Of a stretch of DNA of 64,000 bases, positions 41,959 through 52,000 are shown in pieces. The stretch comes from a virus: positions 32,001 through 96,000 of IMG/VR virus record IMGVR_UViG_3300008085_000023; one strand, written 5' to 3'. The first letter of the stretch is position 1. Every line of letters starts with the position of its first letter. Below the pieces are notes generated by a model. It had not been told where the DNA came from, searched no databases, and worked only from the letters and a program-made list of their open reading frames with translations. A program made the position numbers and the translations under genes.

Positions 41959-43209
41959 TTATCCCTTGACCGATATCAAAGGACGAAGCTTCACGAGAGG
42001 CTCTACAAGATCACTCTGGTTCGCCATAACAGTATCAATATCCTTGTAAGCGCCGGGGGCTTCAGAGACATCCAAGAGGCCCTTATCTCTACCGTGACGG
42101 AAAGGTTTGAATTCACTATGGATGATGCCGTCTAATGAGGCCTCAACATCAGGAGAGCCAGCCATAGAACGTGAGTAAGCCTTACGACTCATCGTTCGTC
42201 CAGCCCCATGGCTACACGACATCAGAGATAAGTGATTCCCAAGACCTTTGGTAATATATGATGGAGTACCCATAGAACCCGGGATGATGCCTACGAGGCC
42301 TTCTGATGCCTTAGTTGCGCCCTTCCGGTGTACCCATAGGTTCCTACCATAGTGATTCTCCAGCGCCGCGTAGTTGTGGTGAATGTTGATCATATTATAC
42401 TCAGCCTGGCCAGTCACCTTGGACCATGTGATAAACTCAACATCTGGGAAGTGATCCCTGAATGCAGCCTTAACTTCCTGCATCATCACTCTACGGTTTA
42501 GATAGGCAAAGTCCAAAGCGAAGTTCATCCACGAAATATAGCCCTTACCCAATTCAGTGGTCGTTGGGATGTACGCAATATCGTGGGAAATGCAATAATT
42601 ACTCAATACTGACCTCGCAAGATCGTTGAAATAATCACCCGTCACCTTACCCAAGTTACGTGAACCCGAGTGAACCATAGCCCAGATACCTCCAGCTTCG
42701 TCAGCCTGAATTTCGATGAAGTGATTTCCACCGCCCAACGTACCAAGCTGATCCCAAACTGCCCGAGGATAGTCATCAACAGGCGCGTGCTTAATAGCGT
42801 TATCATCCAATTCAAATTCCATATCATTGAAGTCTTTCTCAAAAACAATCGAAAGTTCCCGAGCCCGGTCTTTCGAATTGTGAGAGAAGCCCGTAGGGAT
42901 ACGACGAGTGATGTTGCTGAATAACTTCTGACGAACATCATCACTGAGGTCATCAATTAGGAGGTCGGTTTTCATTGCACACATTCCGCAGCCGATGTCG
43001 GCTCCTACAAAGTTGGGTACGATGATGTTGTCTGTAGCAACAACTCCACCAATACACATATCCATCCCAAGGTGGCCATCAGGCATCAGACAGGAGTGTA
43101 CAGTGAAAGGAAGGTTAGCTATTACCTTCATCTGATCGATAGCATTCTGGGCCACATCAGGAGCCCAAGAACGGATCTCCTTACCAGTATCTGTAGTAAT
43201 AATATTCAT
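41959..43209 (-). CDS. rtcB: RtcB RNA ligase
   Basis: MPDGHLG, VGADIGCGM, LGTLGGGNHFIE, HSGSR, HHNYA, IPGSMG, SHGAGR, EAPGAYK. Confidence 0.95.
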   Translation of the reverse strand: MNIITTDTGKEIRSWAPDVAQNAIDQMKVIANLPFTVHSCLMPDGHLGMDMCIGGVVATDNIIVPNFVGADIGCGMCAMKTDLLIDDLSDDVRQKLFSNITRRIPTGFSHNSKDRARELSIVFEKDFNDMEFELDDNAIKHAPVDDYPRAVWDQLGTLGGGNHFIEIQADEAGGIWAMVHSGSRNLGKVTGDYFNDLARSVLSNYCISHDIAYIPTTTELGKGYISWMNFALDFAYLNRRVMMQEVKAAFRDHFPDVEFITWSKVTGQAEYNMINIHHNYAALENHYGRNLWVHRKGATKASEGLVGIIPGSMGTPSYITKGLGNHLSLMSCSHGAGRTMSRKAYSRSMAGSPDVEASLDGIIHSEFKPFRHGRDKGLLDVSEAPGAYKDIDTVMANQSDLVEPLVKLRPLISVKG

Positions 43210-43243
43210 ATTCGTTTCTTTCTTGTATTATAGCATGTTAAGA

Positions 43244-44419
43244 TTATACGAGGCCGTCATCGTCCCTGGGATCACCCATGGGATCGAGCTCGATTTCCTC
43301 GTCGGTGAAGACCTTTTCACCGGCGTCAATCTTAGAGTAGAGCTCTTCGAAAGCCTCCGAGGTTTCGGCCGCAAAGCGGTTTGTCACCAGGGCGATTGCT
43401 GCCTTGCGGTTACCGAGGATCGCATAGGTTTTTACCGTGTGATCGAGGCGGCGGGTGGAGATGACGTCATCAACTCCGCCGGCATCAAACGTCTGGCGGA
43501 TGATCTTGGCCCAATCCACCAACTTGGTAGCAAAGTCCTCATCCATTGCGTTATAGCGTTCCATAGAACGCAGCACAATCTTAAGCTCAGTTGTCCGAGA
43601 CGGGAACGGCTGCTTCACAATGATGGGGAAGCGTTCGAGGAATGCTTCATCCAAGAGACTAGCTGCAGTATATCGTCCATCTTCATCCCCACGACCAGTT
43701 GTATTAGCAGTAGCGATGATGGTGAATCCAGGGGCAGGGTAGACCGTCTGGCAAATCTTCTTTAGGAGGACCGAGTTACCCTCGAGGATAGACTGCAGAC
43801 ACATGATCTTGTTCGTAGCACGGTCGATTTCGTCGAGGAGAAGTACAGCGCCTTCTTCCATAGCCCGAATTACGGGACCCTTGGCAAACACCGTGTCACC
43901 ATCCTGCAAGCGGAACCCACCAATCAGATCGTCCTCATCCGTTTCCGGTGAGAGATTGACACGGATGAACTTCCGCTTGAGCTTAGCACAAAGCTGCTCT
44001 ACCATGATGGTCTTTCCATTACCCGAAGGTCCTGCCACATAGACAGGGAAAAACTGTTCGGACTTGATGATCTTCTCCAACGTGGAATGGTGACCCCACC
44101 GAACGTAAAACGGATCAATGTGGGGGATGTATGTGGCTTCATCCAACACATGACTATGCATTGGCGCCATTTCGAGAGTCTTAGTCTCAATAGCTCGCCG
44201 CTGAATCATCGGCGAAGGCGGCTGGTCAGCAGCCGGTGCAGAGACCGGTTCGTCACCCAATATCTTGGCGATGTTGTAATGACCACGCTTTGCAGTCCGA
44301 AACTCGGGTTTGCAGATGTGTTTATATATCATCTTGTCCTCAATGCCGGCGGCAGCTGCTGCAGTGAGGATCTGACTACGGGATACGGATGCGCCGTGGT
44401 CAGCCATAATGGACTGCAT
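43244..44419 (-). CDS. MoxR/CobS-like AAA+ ATPase
   Basis: GPSGNGKT, DEDDLIGG, LLLDEID, ATANT.G, AFLERF, ISTRRL. Confidence 0.9.
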   Translation of the reverse strand: MQSIMADHGASVSRSQILTAAAAAGIEDKMIYKHICKPEFRTAKRGHYNIAKILGDEPVSAPAADQPPSPMIQRRAIETKTLEMAPMHSHVLDEATYIPHIDPFYVRWGHHSTLEKIIKSEQFFPVYVAGPSGNGKTIMVEQLCAKLKRKFIRVNLSPETDEDDLIGGFRLQDGDTVFAKGPVIRAMEEGAVLLLDEIDRATNKIMCLQSILEGNSVLLKKICQTVYPAPGFTIIATANTTGRGDEDGRYTAASLLDEAFLERFPIIVKQPFPSRTTELKIVLRSMERYNAMDEDFATKLVDWAKIIRQTFDAGGVDDVISTRRLDHTVKTYAILGNRKAAIALVTNRFAAETSEAFEELYSKIDAGEKVFTDEEIELDPMGDPRDDDGLV

Positions 44420-44496
44420 GAGGTGTGTGAGTGATTCGTCTTTGATGAGATGCGCCGTGATTTCTTCTTCCTTATTACTGTACTCGATTGTGATAT

Positions 44497-44740
44497 AATA
44501 ATACCACAGTTAAGACTAAATGTACACCATTATTTTCGGCCAGATGCATAAATTGGCTTCTGGATGGAATATAGCCATAAAATAGTCTAGATGTCATATA
44601 ATCAGTAGGGATATGGTTATTGTTGTGGTTGTAGAGTCATTCTGGAGCCCTACGGGCATCTAGAACCAGCAGGAGGGTATATCCCAAGGGGATACGAATC
44701 GAGGGCCTCAGGAGTGATCCCGAAGGCCCCGAAACTACAG
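44497..44740 (-). repeat. early promoter plus extended intergenic module
   Basis: Promoter; GAGTCATTCTGGAG...CTCAGGAGTGATCC hairpin element. Confidence 0.6.
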
Positions 44741-44746
44741 TTTATA

Positions 44747-47224
44747 CTAGAACTGCCCACAAACTGCAGAAGCAAAGATACTACAGAACAGCTTCTTTGA
44801 CTTATGAGACTTACCAAACCGCATGAAGGTTTGTGTGATTTCCTTGATGTTTTCTTCTTCACACTCAATATCACCAAAGGACGATATATTACCACTATTC
44901 GCAGTTAAGACATAGATGTACTGATCGTACCCAATGATGTTTTCGTAGGCAGCGATGCCAACTTTACGCAGTTCCCGCATTGCGTTGTTAATATCAATCT
45001 TAGTCTCGGATATATTCTCAAGCATCTTAAGATCCTCTTGACCATATTCGTAACTATAAGGACGGCGGGTCAAGTCATACGATTCATTCATACACCCGAT
45101 TGTATTCTTCAACGATCTCTGACTATTGGAGATATAGAAGCATAACGTATTCGTACCATATAGAGCTTTAATGTTCTTTAATAATGCATGATGGTGAACG
45201 TTATGCACATGCGTATTTGTGCGGGTCTTGCCGACGCCATTTGTCAACTTCACCTTGCCTCCAGCTATCCTGCCATACGCAGCGGTTTCAACATTGCGTT
45301 TATCCCATGGAGTATAGACATCATAATTGACAATCTTGCATCGCGAACCAGAACCGTCAGATAGGACAATGAGGTTCGATACCTGAACATTCGTCTTCGC
45401 AATGAATTCCTTCAGTATGTAAGTAACTGCCACGAGAGCTTCGTTTAACGGTGTGGAACCCATGTGTTCAAAACTAGAAATTACCTTGCAAGGGAATTCA
45501 ATAAGACCAAGATAAAGGTCCTTCTTCGCTCGGAGATATATTGACTTAGGCATGGACGAGGATAACACTTCTATAAGATGAAGATTAAGAAGCGAAAGCT
45601 CATGCGTCTGCAACTCAGGTTTTTTAGTATTACCAGGACGCACTTCATCACGTACAGAAGTAAAGGTATATACCGAAAATGGTATGCCAGTGATTCTGCA
45701 GAAGTCCGTTAGAATGATCGTCTTTTCAATTACTGCACCGATGCAGCTCGACATTGAACCCGAGAAATCCACAAGAAAAATCATTCCGTGGTTCTTGGCG
45801 TCAGCCAACTGCATTATGGTTTTAAAAATATTATCATCAGTTTTGTAGCGATGCAGCGAGTTCACATTGATGACACCACGGCGGGACTCACCTGCTCTGG
45901 TGTACTGAAACGCAGCCTTCTTACGCTCAAACTCATTGGCTAACTGGCTAGCTAACTTCTTACTATCCTTGGTGAATACATTCCACCTATTAATGATGTC
46001 AGGCTTATTTCCCATTGATAAAATGTGCGAATTATACCAAGAATCCGCATTGCGAGCAGCAATAGCCTTGGCCCACGGCGTAACAACATAGTCTAGAGCT
46101 TCGCGAGAAGGCTCAATAAATTCGCAATCAAGCGCAAAGTCAGTCTGACCAATTTCCTGCGACTTTTCAGAGAGAGCCTCGTTAAAAGCCTCTTCAGTTT
46201 CAGAAACGAATTCCTCTTCAGGTTCGTTATCTACGTTAGTGCCATCCCCATCCGGCGCCGCATCCGGATTACTCTTGCCGTTATCATCACCTTGCGTAGA
46301 CTTGGCATTAGCATCGTCAGGATTGCTGCTTTCATCATTATCAGAATCTTCAGTTTTGGCCGAGTCAGAATCTTCAGTTTCGTCGCCAGACTTCGTGGGA
46401 ATGTTGTTATCGTTGTCAGAATCTTCAGTTTCGTCGCCAGACTTCGTGGGGATCACATTGTCCTCAGACTTCTCAGGCTCTTCATCGGTTGAGGGTTCAT
46501 CCTCTTCACCGCCAAAGCCCCCAACGTCTTCGCAATCTGATCGATCAGCTTCAGTATCGCTGATGTCGACCTTAATTTCCGGCATTGCGCTAACTTCAGG
46601 TTCGGCTTCCTTAGACATAAAGTTATCGATGATGCGATTAGCGACACGCTCGACGTCCTCCGCAGTTTCTACAGAGAAAGCATCATCTACAAGAGACTTT
46701 TCTTCGGGTGTGAAATTGGGGTTAATTATACCCGTACCACACTTGGCAAGGACGTTCAAGCGATCAAGGACGTTCATGCTATCAAGAGCAATCTGATCCT
46801 TGACGTTCTTTCCGAAGAAGTCGATATCGAATAGATATTTGTACCCAGCGCGGAAGTCCTTGATGAGGCCCGGGTAAGACCGCATAATTTTCTTCTCAAT
46901 GCGGATATCTTCAAGGATGTTGAAGACGGAATGAAAGCGACGATACTTCGGGTTCGATTTGAGAGCATTAAAATCTTCGATTGAGCTCCATAGCGCATGC
47001 CCCACTTCGTGACCTATAAAGAGATCGTACACTGCACGAGGAGCATCAAGCATCACTGGCAATCCCACCGTACGTGTCTCCATATTAAAGAAGGCCGTGC
47101 GATATGTTGCAGAACGATGGATTTTGATGTTTTCCTTGGCGAGTAATCGACCGACAGTATTTTGTACGTCGACGGCGAAGGGCGAATGGACAGCATCATT
47201 GGTCTTTGGTATTGTATCTATCAT
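44747..47224 (-). CDS. CobT-like metallopeptidase + vWA domain protein
   Basis: HEVGH, NILEDIRIEK, acidic linker, MIDAS DFSGSM, TPLNEAL, LSDG. Confidence 0.85.
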   Translation of the reverse strand: MIDTIPKTNDAVHSPFAVDVQNTVGRLLAKENIKIHRSATYRTAFFNMETRTVGLPVMLDAPRAVYDLFIGHEVGHALWSSIEDFNALKSNPKYRRFHSVFNILEDIRIEKKIMRSYPGLIKDFRAGYKYLFDIDFFGKNVKDQIALDSMNVLDRLNVLAKCGTGIINPNFTPEEKSLVDDAFSVETAEDVERVANRIIDNFMSKEAEPEVSAMPEIKVDISDTEADRSDCEDVGGFGGEEDEPSTDEEPEKSEDNVIPTKSGDETEDSDNDNNIPTKSGDETEDSDSAKTEDSDNDESSNPDDANAKSTQGDDNGKSNPDAAPDGDGTNVDNEPEEEFVSETEEAFNEALSEKSQEIGQTDFALDCEFIEPSREALDYVVTPWAKAIAARNADSWYNSHILSMGNKPDIINRWNVFTKDSKKLASQLANEFERKKAAFQYTRAGESRRGVINVNSLHRYKTDDNIFKTIMQLADAKNHGMIFLVDFSGSMSSCIGAVIEKTIILTDFCRITGIPFSVYTFTSVRDEVRPGNTKKPELQTHELSLLNLHLIEVLSSSMPKSIYLRAKKDLYLGLIEFPCKVISSFEHMGSTPLNEALVAVTYILKEFIAKTNVQVSNLIVLSDGSGSRCKIVNYDVYTPWDKRNVETAAYGRIAGGKVKLTNGVGKTRTNTHVHNVHHHALLKNIKALYGTNTLCFYISNSQRSLKNTIGCMNESYDLTRRPYSYEYGQEDLKMLENISETKIDINNAMRELRKVGIAAYENIIGYDQYIYVLTANSGNISSFGDIECEEENIKEITQTFMRFGKSHKSKKLFCSIFASAVCGQF

Positions 47225-47230
47225 GATACC

Positions 47231-47270
47231 ATTATACCACAGTTTGGGCCCATTTGTACACCATTATTTT
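47231..47270 (-). promoter_or_regulatory. early promoter (representative of ~25 copies)
   Basis: AAAATAATGGTGTACA-N18-TATAAT. Confidence 0.85.
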
Positions 47271-47334
47271 AGCCAAAATGCGTAAATTGGCCTACAAGAG
47301 ACCTTTAAGACTGAAAATAATCTTGACATGCAGC

Positions 47335-48999
47335 CTAAACTAGGGACGCAAGATAGAAATAATGGCTATTTGCGGTTGGCAATTGGGCGGGATCTGTAGC
47401 TCCAGAGACGTCAATACTGTAGTGAGAGAAGAATGATAAAGTATTTCCGTACGTGGCATTTTCTGCAGTATTAAGTAGAGTAGAATCGCCCAATAATGTC
47501 ATTCTGATAGTTGTTGCTGTAGAAGTTGGATTATACACATTAGCAGAAGGTTGGATGATTGAAGCTGCAGCATTGATCGCCCCCGCGAAGATGTTTGAGC
47601 AATCAGTAAATGTGAACCCAAGTGCTGAAGGACGGAATGTTACTTGTGAACCTTCCCAGATTTTGAATGCTGAAGTGCAGTTGCTGAAGTTACATGGCGC
47701 TATAAATGATATGTTAGAATCCTGCTTCAATGTGAATGTGCATGTATCAAAATTTAGATATGCGAATTCAACTGCTGCATGTTTACGACCAGTGAAAGAA
47801 AGATCCATGCCTTGAATCGTCACACCTGTATCGCCAGTAGAAGCGATTGTTTCACCTGTGATAACCACTTTTCCTGGACCACTAGGGAGATAATCAGTGA
47901 GATTTGAATCACCCACCACAAGTGTTGCCATATCATCAACGGGTGTGGCTAATGGTCTATTAAACTGAATTGTAAGTGTGACGTCTGGGCTTATATAATC
48001 GAAAGCGCGAAGAGCGTTTTGTAATTGTTCAATTGAGCTATATGTTGTTTCATCTGGATTAATGACAAACAGCGTATCTTGGTCGCACGAAACTATACGA
48101 TTATATCCACGGAAATATCCAAGCTTAGTACCATAATCATATGACGCTGCCGTTTGATAAAAATCGAGCATTTCATCCATATATACTTCAAACGCGGCGC
48201 GCTGGTCAATTAATTCTAGATACTGTGCTGACAAATTGTCCCACTGCGCTTCATACGTTTCTGACTCAAGGATGGCATCATTAATTTCCTGATCCCTATC
48301 ATCAAGTGAGCTCACTACTAATGCGTTTAGAGCAGTATCTAACGCCAAATTATCTGATACGACCTGATCCAAAGCGTCCGATGCTAGCTGAAGCGCCGCA
48401 GCATTGGCAGTTTCTTGGCTAGTAATAATGTTGTTAGTTCGAATGACCGTGGTGTTTAATGCATGGAGAACATCTGCGACATTATCTTCATCAAATGCTG
48501 TGTAGTCATTATCAATCTTAATAGTTGAAGCTAAATGCGAAGTAGTGGCCCCAGTCGCATGATTGACAAGATCAGATTGAAGTCCAACAATTACATTGGC
48601 TAATACGGTTATTACTGTTTCGAGATTTGTTGCAGTCGTTAATGCGCGTAGAGCAGCATCTGCACCAAGTCTATCAACTCGAATTGAAGGAGCTTCGTGG
48701 GACACTTCGGCCGTGTTATTGATATGAGCATAAAGAGGAATAAGTGCTTCGGCAACATTATTAACAGTGTTGCTTTCTAGATCAGTAAGGTCAGCTGTTG
48801 AAATTTGATCAGCACGATGGGCACCAACAACGCTGCCTTCTATATGTTGGTTCAATTCATAGATTGCTGCTGCATTTGCCGCGTTCTGTGTCAATATGTC
48901 AGCTGCAATTCCCAACACTGAACGAAGAATGTCTACTTGACCCTGAGTCGGCGCATTAGTGTCAGACCCTATTGTTTTACTTAAATCTATTGTGCTCAT
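47335..48999 (-). CDS. probable virion fibre/structural protein
   Basis: TATAAATA at 49005-49012; coiled coil, HxAxxI repeats, beta-rich C-terminus. Confidence 0.55.
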   Translation of the reverse strand: MSTIDLSKTIGSDTNAPTQGQVDILRSVLGIAADILTQNAANAAAIYELNQHIEGSVVGAHRADQISTADLTDLESNTVNNVAEALIPLYAHINNTAEVSHEAPSIRVDRLGADAALRALTTATNLETVITVLANVIVGLQSDLVNHATGATTSHLASTIKIDNDYTAFDEDNVADVLHALNTTVIRTNNIITSQETANAAALQLASDALDQVVSDNLALDTALNALVVSSLDDRDQEINDAILESETYEAQWDNLSAQYLELIDQRAAFEVYMDEMLDFYQTAASYDYGTKLGYFRGYNRIVSCDQDTLFVINPDETTYSSIEQLQNALRAFDYISPDVTLTIQFNRPLATPVDDMATLVVGDSNLTDYLPSGPGKVVITGETIASTGDTGVTIQGMDLSFTGRKHAAVEFAYLNFDTCTFTLKQDSNISFIAPCNFSNCTSAFKIWEGSQVTFRPSALGFTFTDCSNIFAGAINAAASIIQPSANVYNPTSTATTIRMTLLGDSTLLNTAENATYGNTLSFFSHYSIDVSGATDPAQLPTANSHYFYLASLV

Positions 49000-49016
49000 A
49001 TCTGTATTTATACGGC

Positions 49017-52000
49017 TTAGTTATAACGTGAAAGCCATGTACCCTTTTCTAATGAAGCTTCGGTTAACGTAATTGCTGTAGAAAGATTATCAACTCCCAC
49101 GGTACTTCGTGTAGTACTTTGATTATACTGCAATTGGCCAGGTGTTGAATATTTATGAGTGTTCCACTGGCCATGAACAAAATCGTTATAGTTCAAAAAT
49201 AAGCTACCGCCTCTAATCTCCACAGAGCGCACTGCTAATGACGATAGGGGATTACTAATGAAATTCTTTTCAGCCATCGAGAAGGAAGCTTGAAGACTTC
49301 TGCGACCATCTCCTATCGCAATTGGTCCGTATAGATAAAAGCTTGAACGTTCGTCAATAACAATATTCTGATACCAACCATGATATAGATTACTTCCTGC
49401 ACCGATAAAATGCAAAACAGATAGAGGAACAAACGCAGTGTTTTCATATAGTTCAAATGTCGTTAAGCCTTTATCTGTGTTATTTCCGTTATACTGCGAA
49501 ATAGCGCGCAGATGACTTCTACCCTTGCAACATATTGCGATAGCTTGTCCAACATTAGTGCTTTCAGTATTGTCTAATAGAGGTCCTTCAAATACAAATG
49601 ACAATGCTTCAGGAACATTAGGCCATGTTAAATTTACAACATGCTTACTTGACTGGAATATATCAACCGTGCTACGATCATCAACGAAGATGCCAAACTT
49701 ATTCCATTTGCCCGATAGCTTCATTGGACATACAAAATCTAGCTTGCTATTATTCGTTACTGATACAGCTGTTGAACCATTGCCTGTAGCATGCAGCTCA
49801 ATACTGTTAAGCTCAATATTGCATGCGTCAGGACCAGAAGAATACGTAATACCAGACGATCCAGAAAAACTAAATGTCGTTAGAATATTAGAATAGTTGT
49901 ATGCGAGCAATGGACTTTCAGCACTCTCTAGTTCGCGTTCGCCGCGAAGAATAATCTTACCGGCGCCTGGTAGAGCAATGCGATTCAGATCTAAACCTGT
50001 ACTAAAGTTATAATATCCTGCTGGGAAGTTTAGTGTTAGGACACCCCCAGTCGCAACGTAATCGTAATTAGACTGAATAGTAGAATATACTTCATTGTTA
50101 CGAACAGTATCAGATACTACAAACTGTTGTGTTATTTCTTCATTATCAGTAAATGCTCTTGCTATGATTTTCAATTCATCGGGAGATGCAATACCATACG
50201 TAACTGAATACCCAAGATTAAACATACTATTTGCATTAGTAACCCTCCAACCCATTTCACTCATCACGTCGCGATACGCAGCCATAGATGAATATGTTCG
50301 ATTAACTTTACTATTCAATAGAGAAAAATCAACGCCTTCAGTCGTTGCAACTTTAAAGCCAGAGATCGTTAACTCAGTAGCGCCAGCTGCTGACATATCG
50401 TCGAACGCAGTTGCAAGATCAGAGAAATCGCATGCCAGTGACGCTGCGCCAGAAGTGGTTCGGCCAGTTTGTCTTTGCACGATTGGCTTGTATTCCTTAA
50501 TCGTGTTGAATTCGTAATATGAAAACGCCGGCTGATAACGACTCCTGTTGGCATACCCATCTAGATATAATTCTTCATATGTCGTCCAGGTCGTCTGGAT
50601 TTTCATTGGCCACTCAGTCCATGGAGTCTTGCCAAAGTAAATCACTTCGCCATCAACCGCTTTAACAGCGGCAATCGTCATAACATAATCATCTGATACG
50701 TTAATGGTGTACTTGTTTCCAAGATTCACAGTCCTATCAGCAAGATTTTGAATTGCCCATTTAACTTGATCAATACGTCCAATTGAATACTCAATATTCC
50801 CATTAGCATCTAACTTAGGCGCGCGGGGACCATTGTCAAGTGGAGGGAATGCTGTTTCGTTTAGCAACGAAGCCTCGCGATAAAAGCGTCCATCGTTCAT
50901 TGCTATACCACCATTATGGTATCCAAAATAGTCCCAACTATCATTCTCATTGATTTGATTAAAGAAGTATCCAAACACTTCGTTGAATGCATTAGAATCA
51001 ACTGTTGAATGAATTTCAAAATCAGAAAACCATAATTGAGGTTGCTCCCATGCTTCGCGCGAAGAGTTAATGCTGCTTGGCAACCACGACGATGGGTACC
51101 AATATTTATCTTCGCCTACGGGAATCATTCGGTTGAATAGTTGCTTAAGATCAAACGTTAACGAAGCTCTGACTGCACCGGCGTCACCAATAACACTTTC
51201 TGCGAGAGCTGGGTTAAGTGATTCAAGTTTAACTTCAGTTTCAGCTGATGTTGCGGGATCAATATATTTTGCTATAGGAATTGTATTATTTGGCTCGAAC
51301 GTTACTTCGGTCGATTTAACTATAGCAGGAATAACACCAACAACCTGTGACAGAACTTCTTCGCTATTGAGTGTTTGCGACTTAATAAGCAACGTATTAT
51401 CTTGAAAGGTTATTAGATAATCTGGACCGTAATCTTTTTCAGTGATAGTTGTTTTTAAATCATCAAGGGTAAAGAATATGCCATTGTTTAAATCAGCATT
51501 CAATTGTGTTAGTGCACTAGGTGAACCAACATTACTTACAAATTTAAATCCCTCTAATGTAACGCCCCAAAAAGCATTAGCTTCACCTACTGGATGAGCT
51601 GCAAGGAACACATTATTAAGTGCAGAAAAATCGCATAATATCGATGAACCTTCTTCGATAAGAACACCTGGTTCTGATTCGTATACTGGAGGCGTTGTTG
51701 TGTACTCTTCCCACGATTGCTCGCCTTCAACTTCGATTTTACGACGTACATCATACGTAGCGTCCACTGAAATTAATTCAGTATTTGTTGGATCATTAGC
51801 AACAATACTAAATGTCATTGGATCGCGTGTTACTAATGGATCTACATCGCCATTCTCGTAATCATGATTCCAGCCGTTTTCATTAATCGTAATTGTGTAA
51901 TTTGGAATGAGCTCATTTGCAGCGCGAATCTTCGAAATAATATAACGTCTAAATGATCCAGGTGTGCTATAATCGCCAGGAGGTACTACTAATAGATCAT

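Noticed and set aside
44747-47224. Ro60/TROVE partner for the permuted RNA
   Set aside because: The N-terminus is an HExxH peptidase-like domain, not TROVE.
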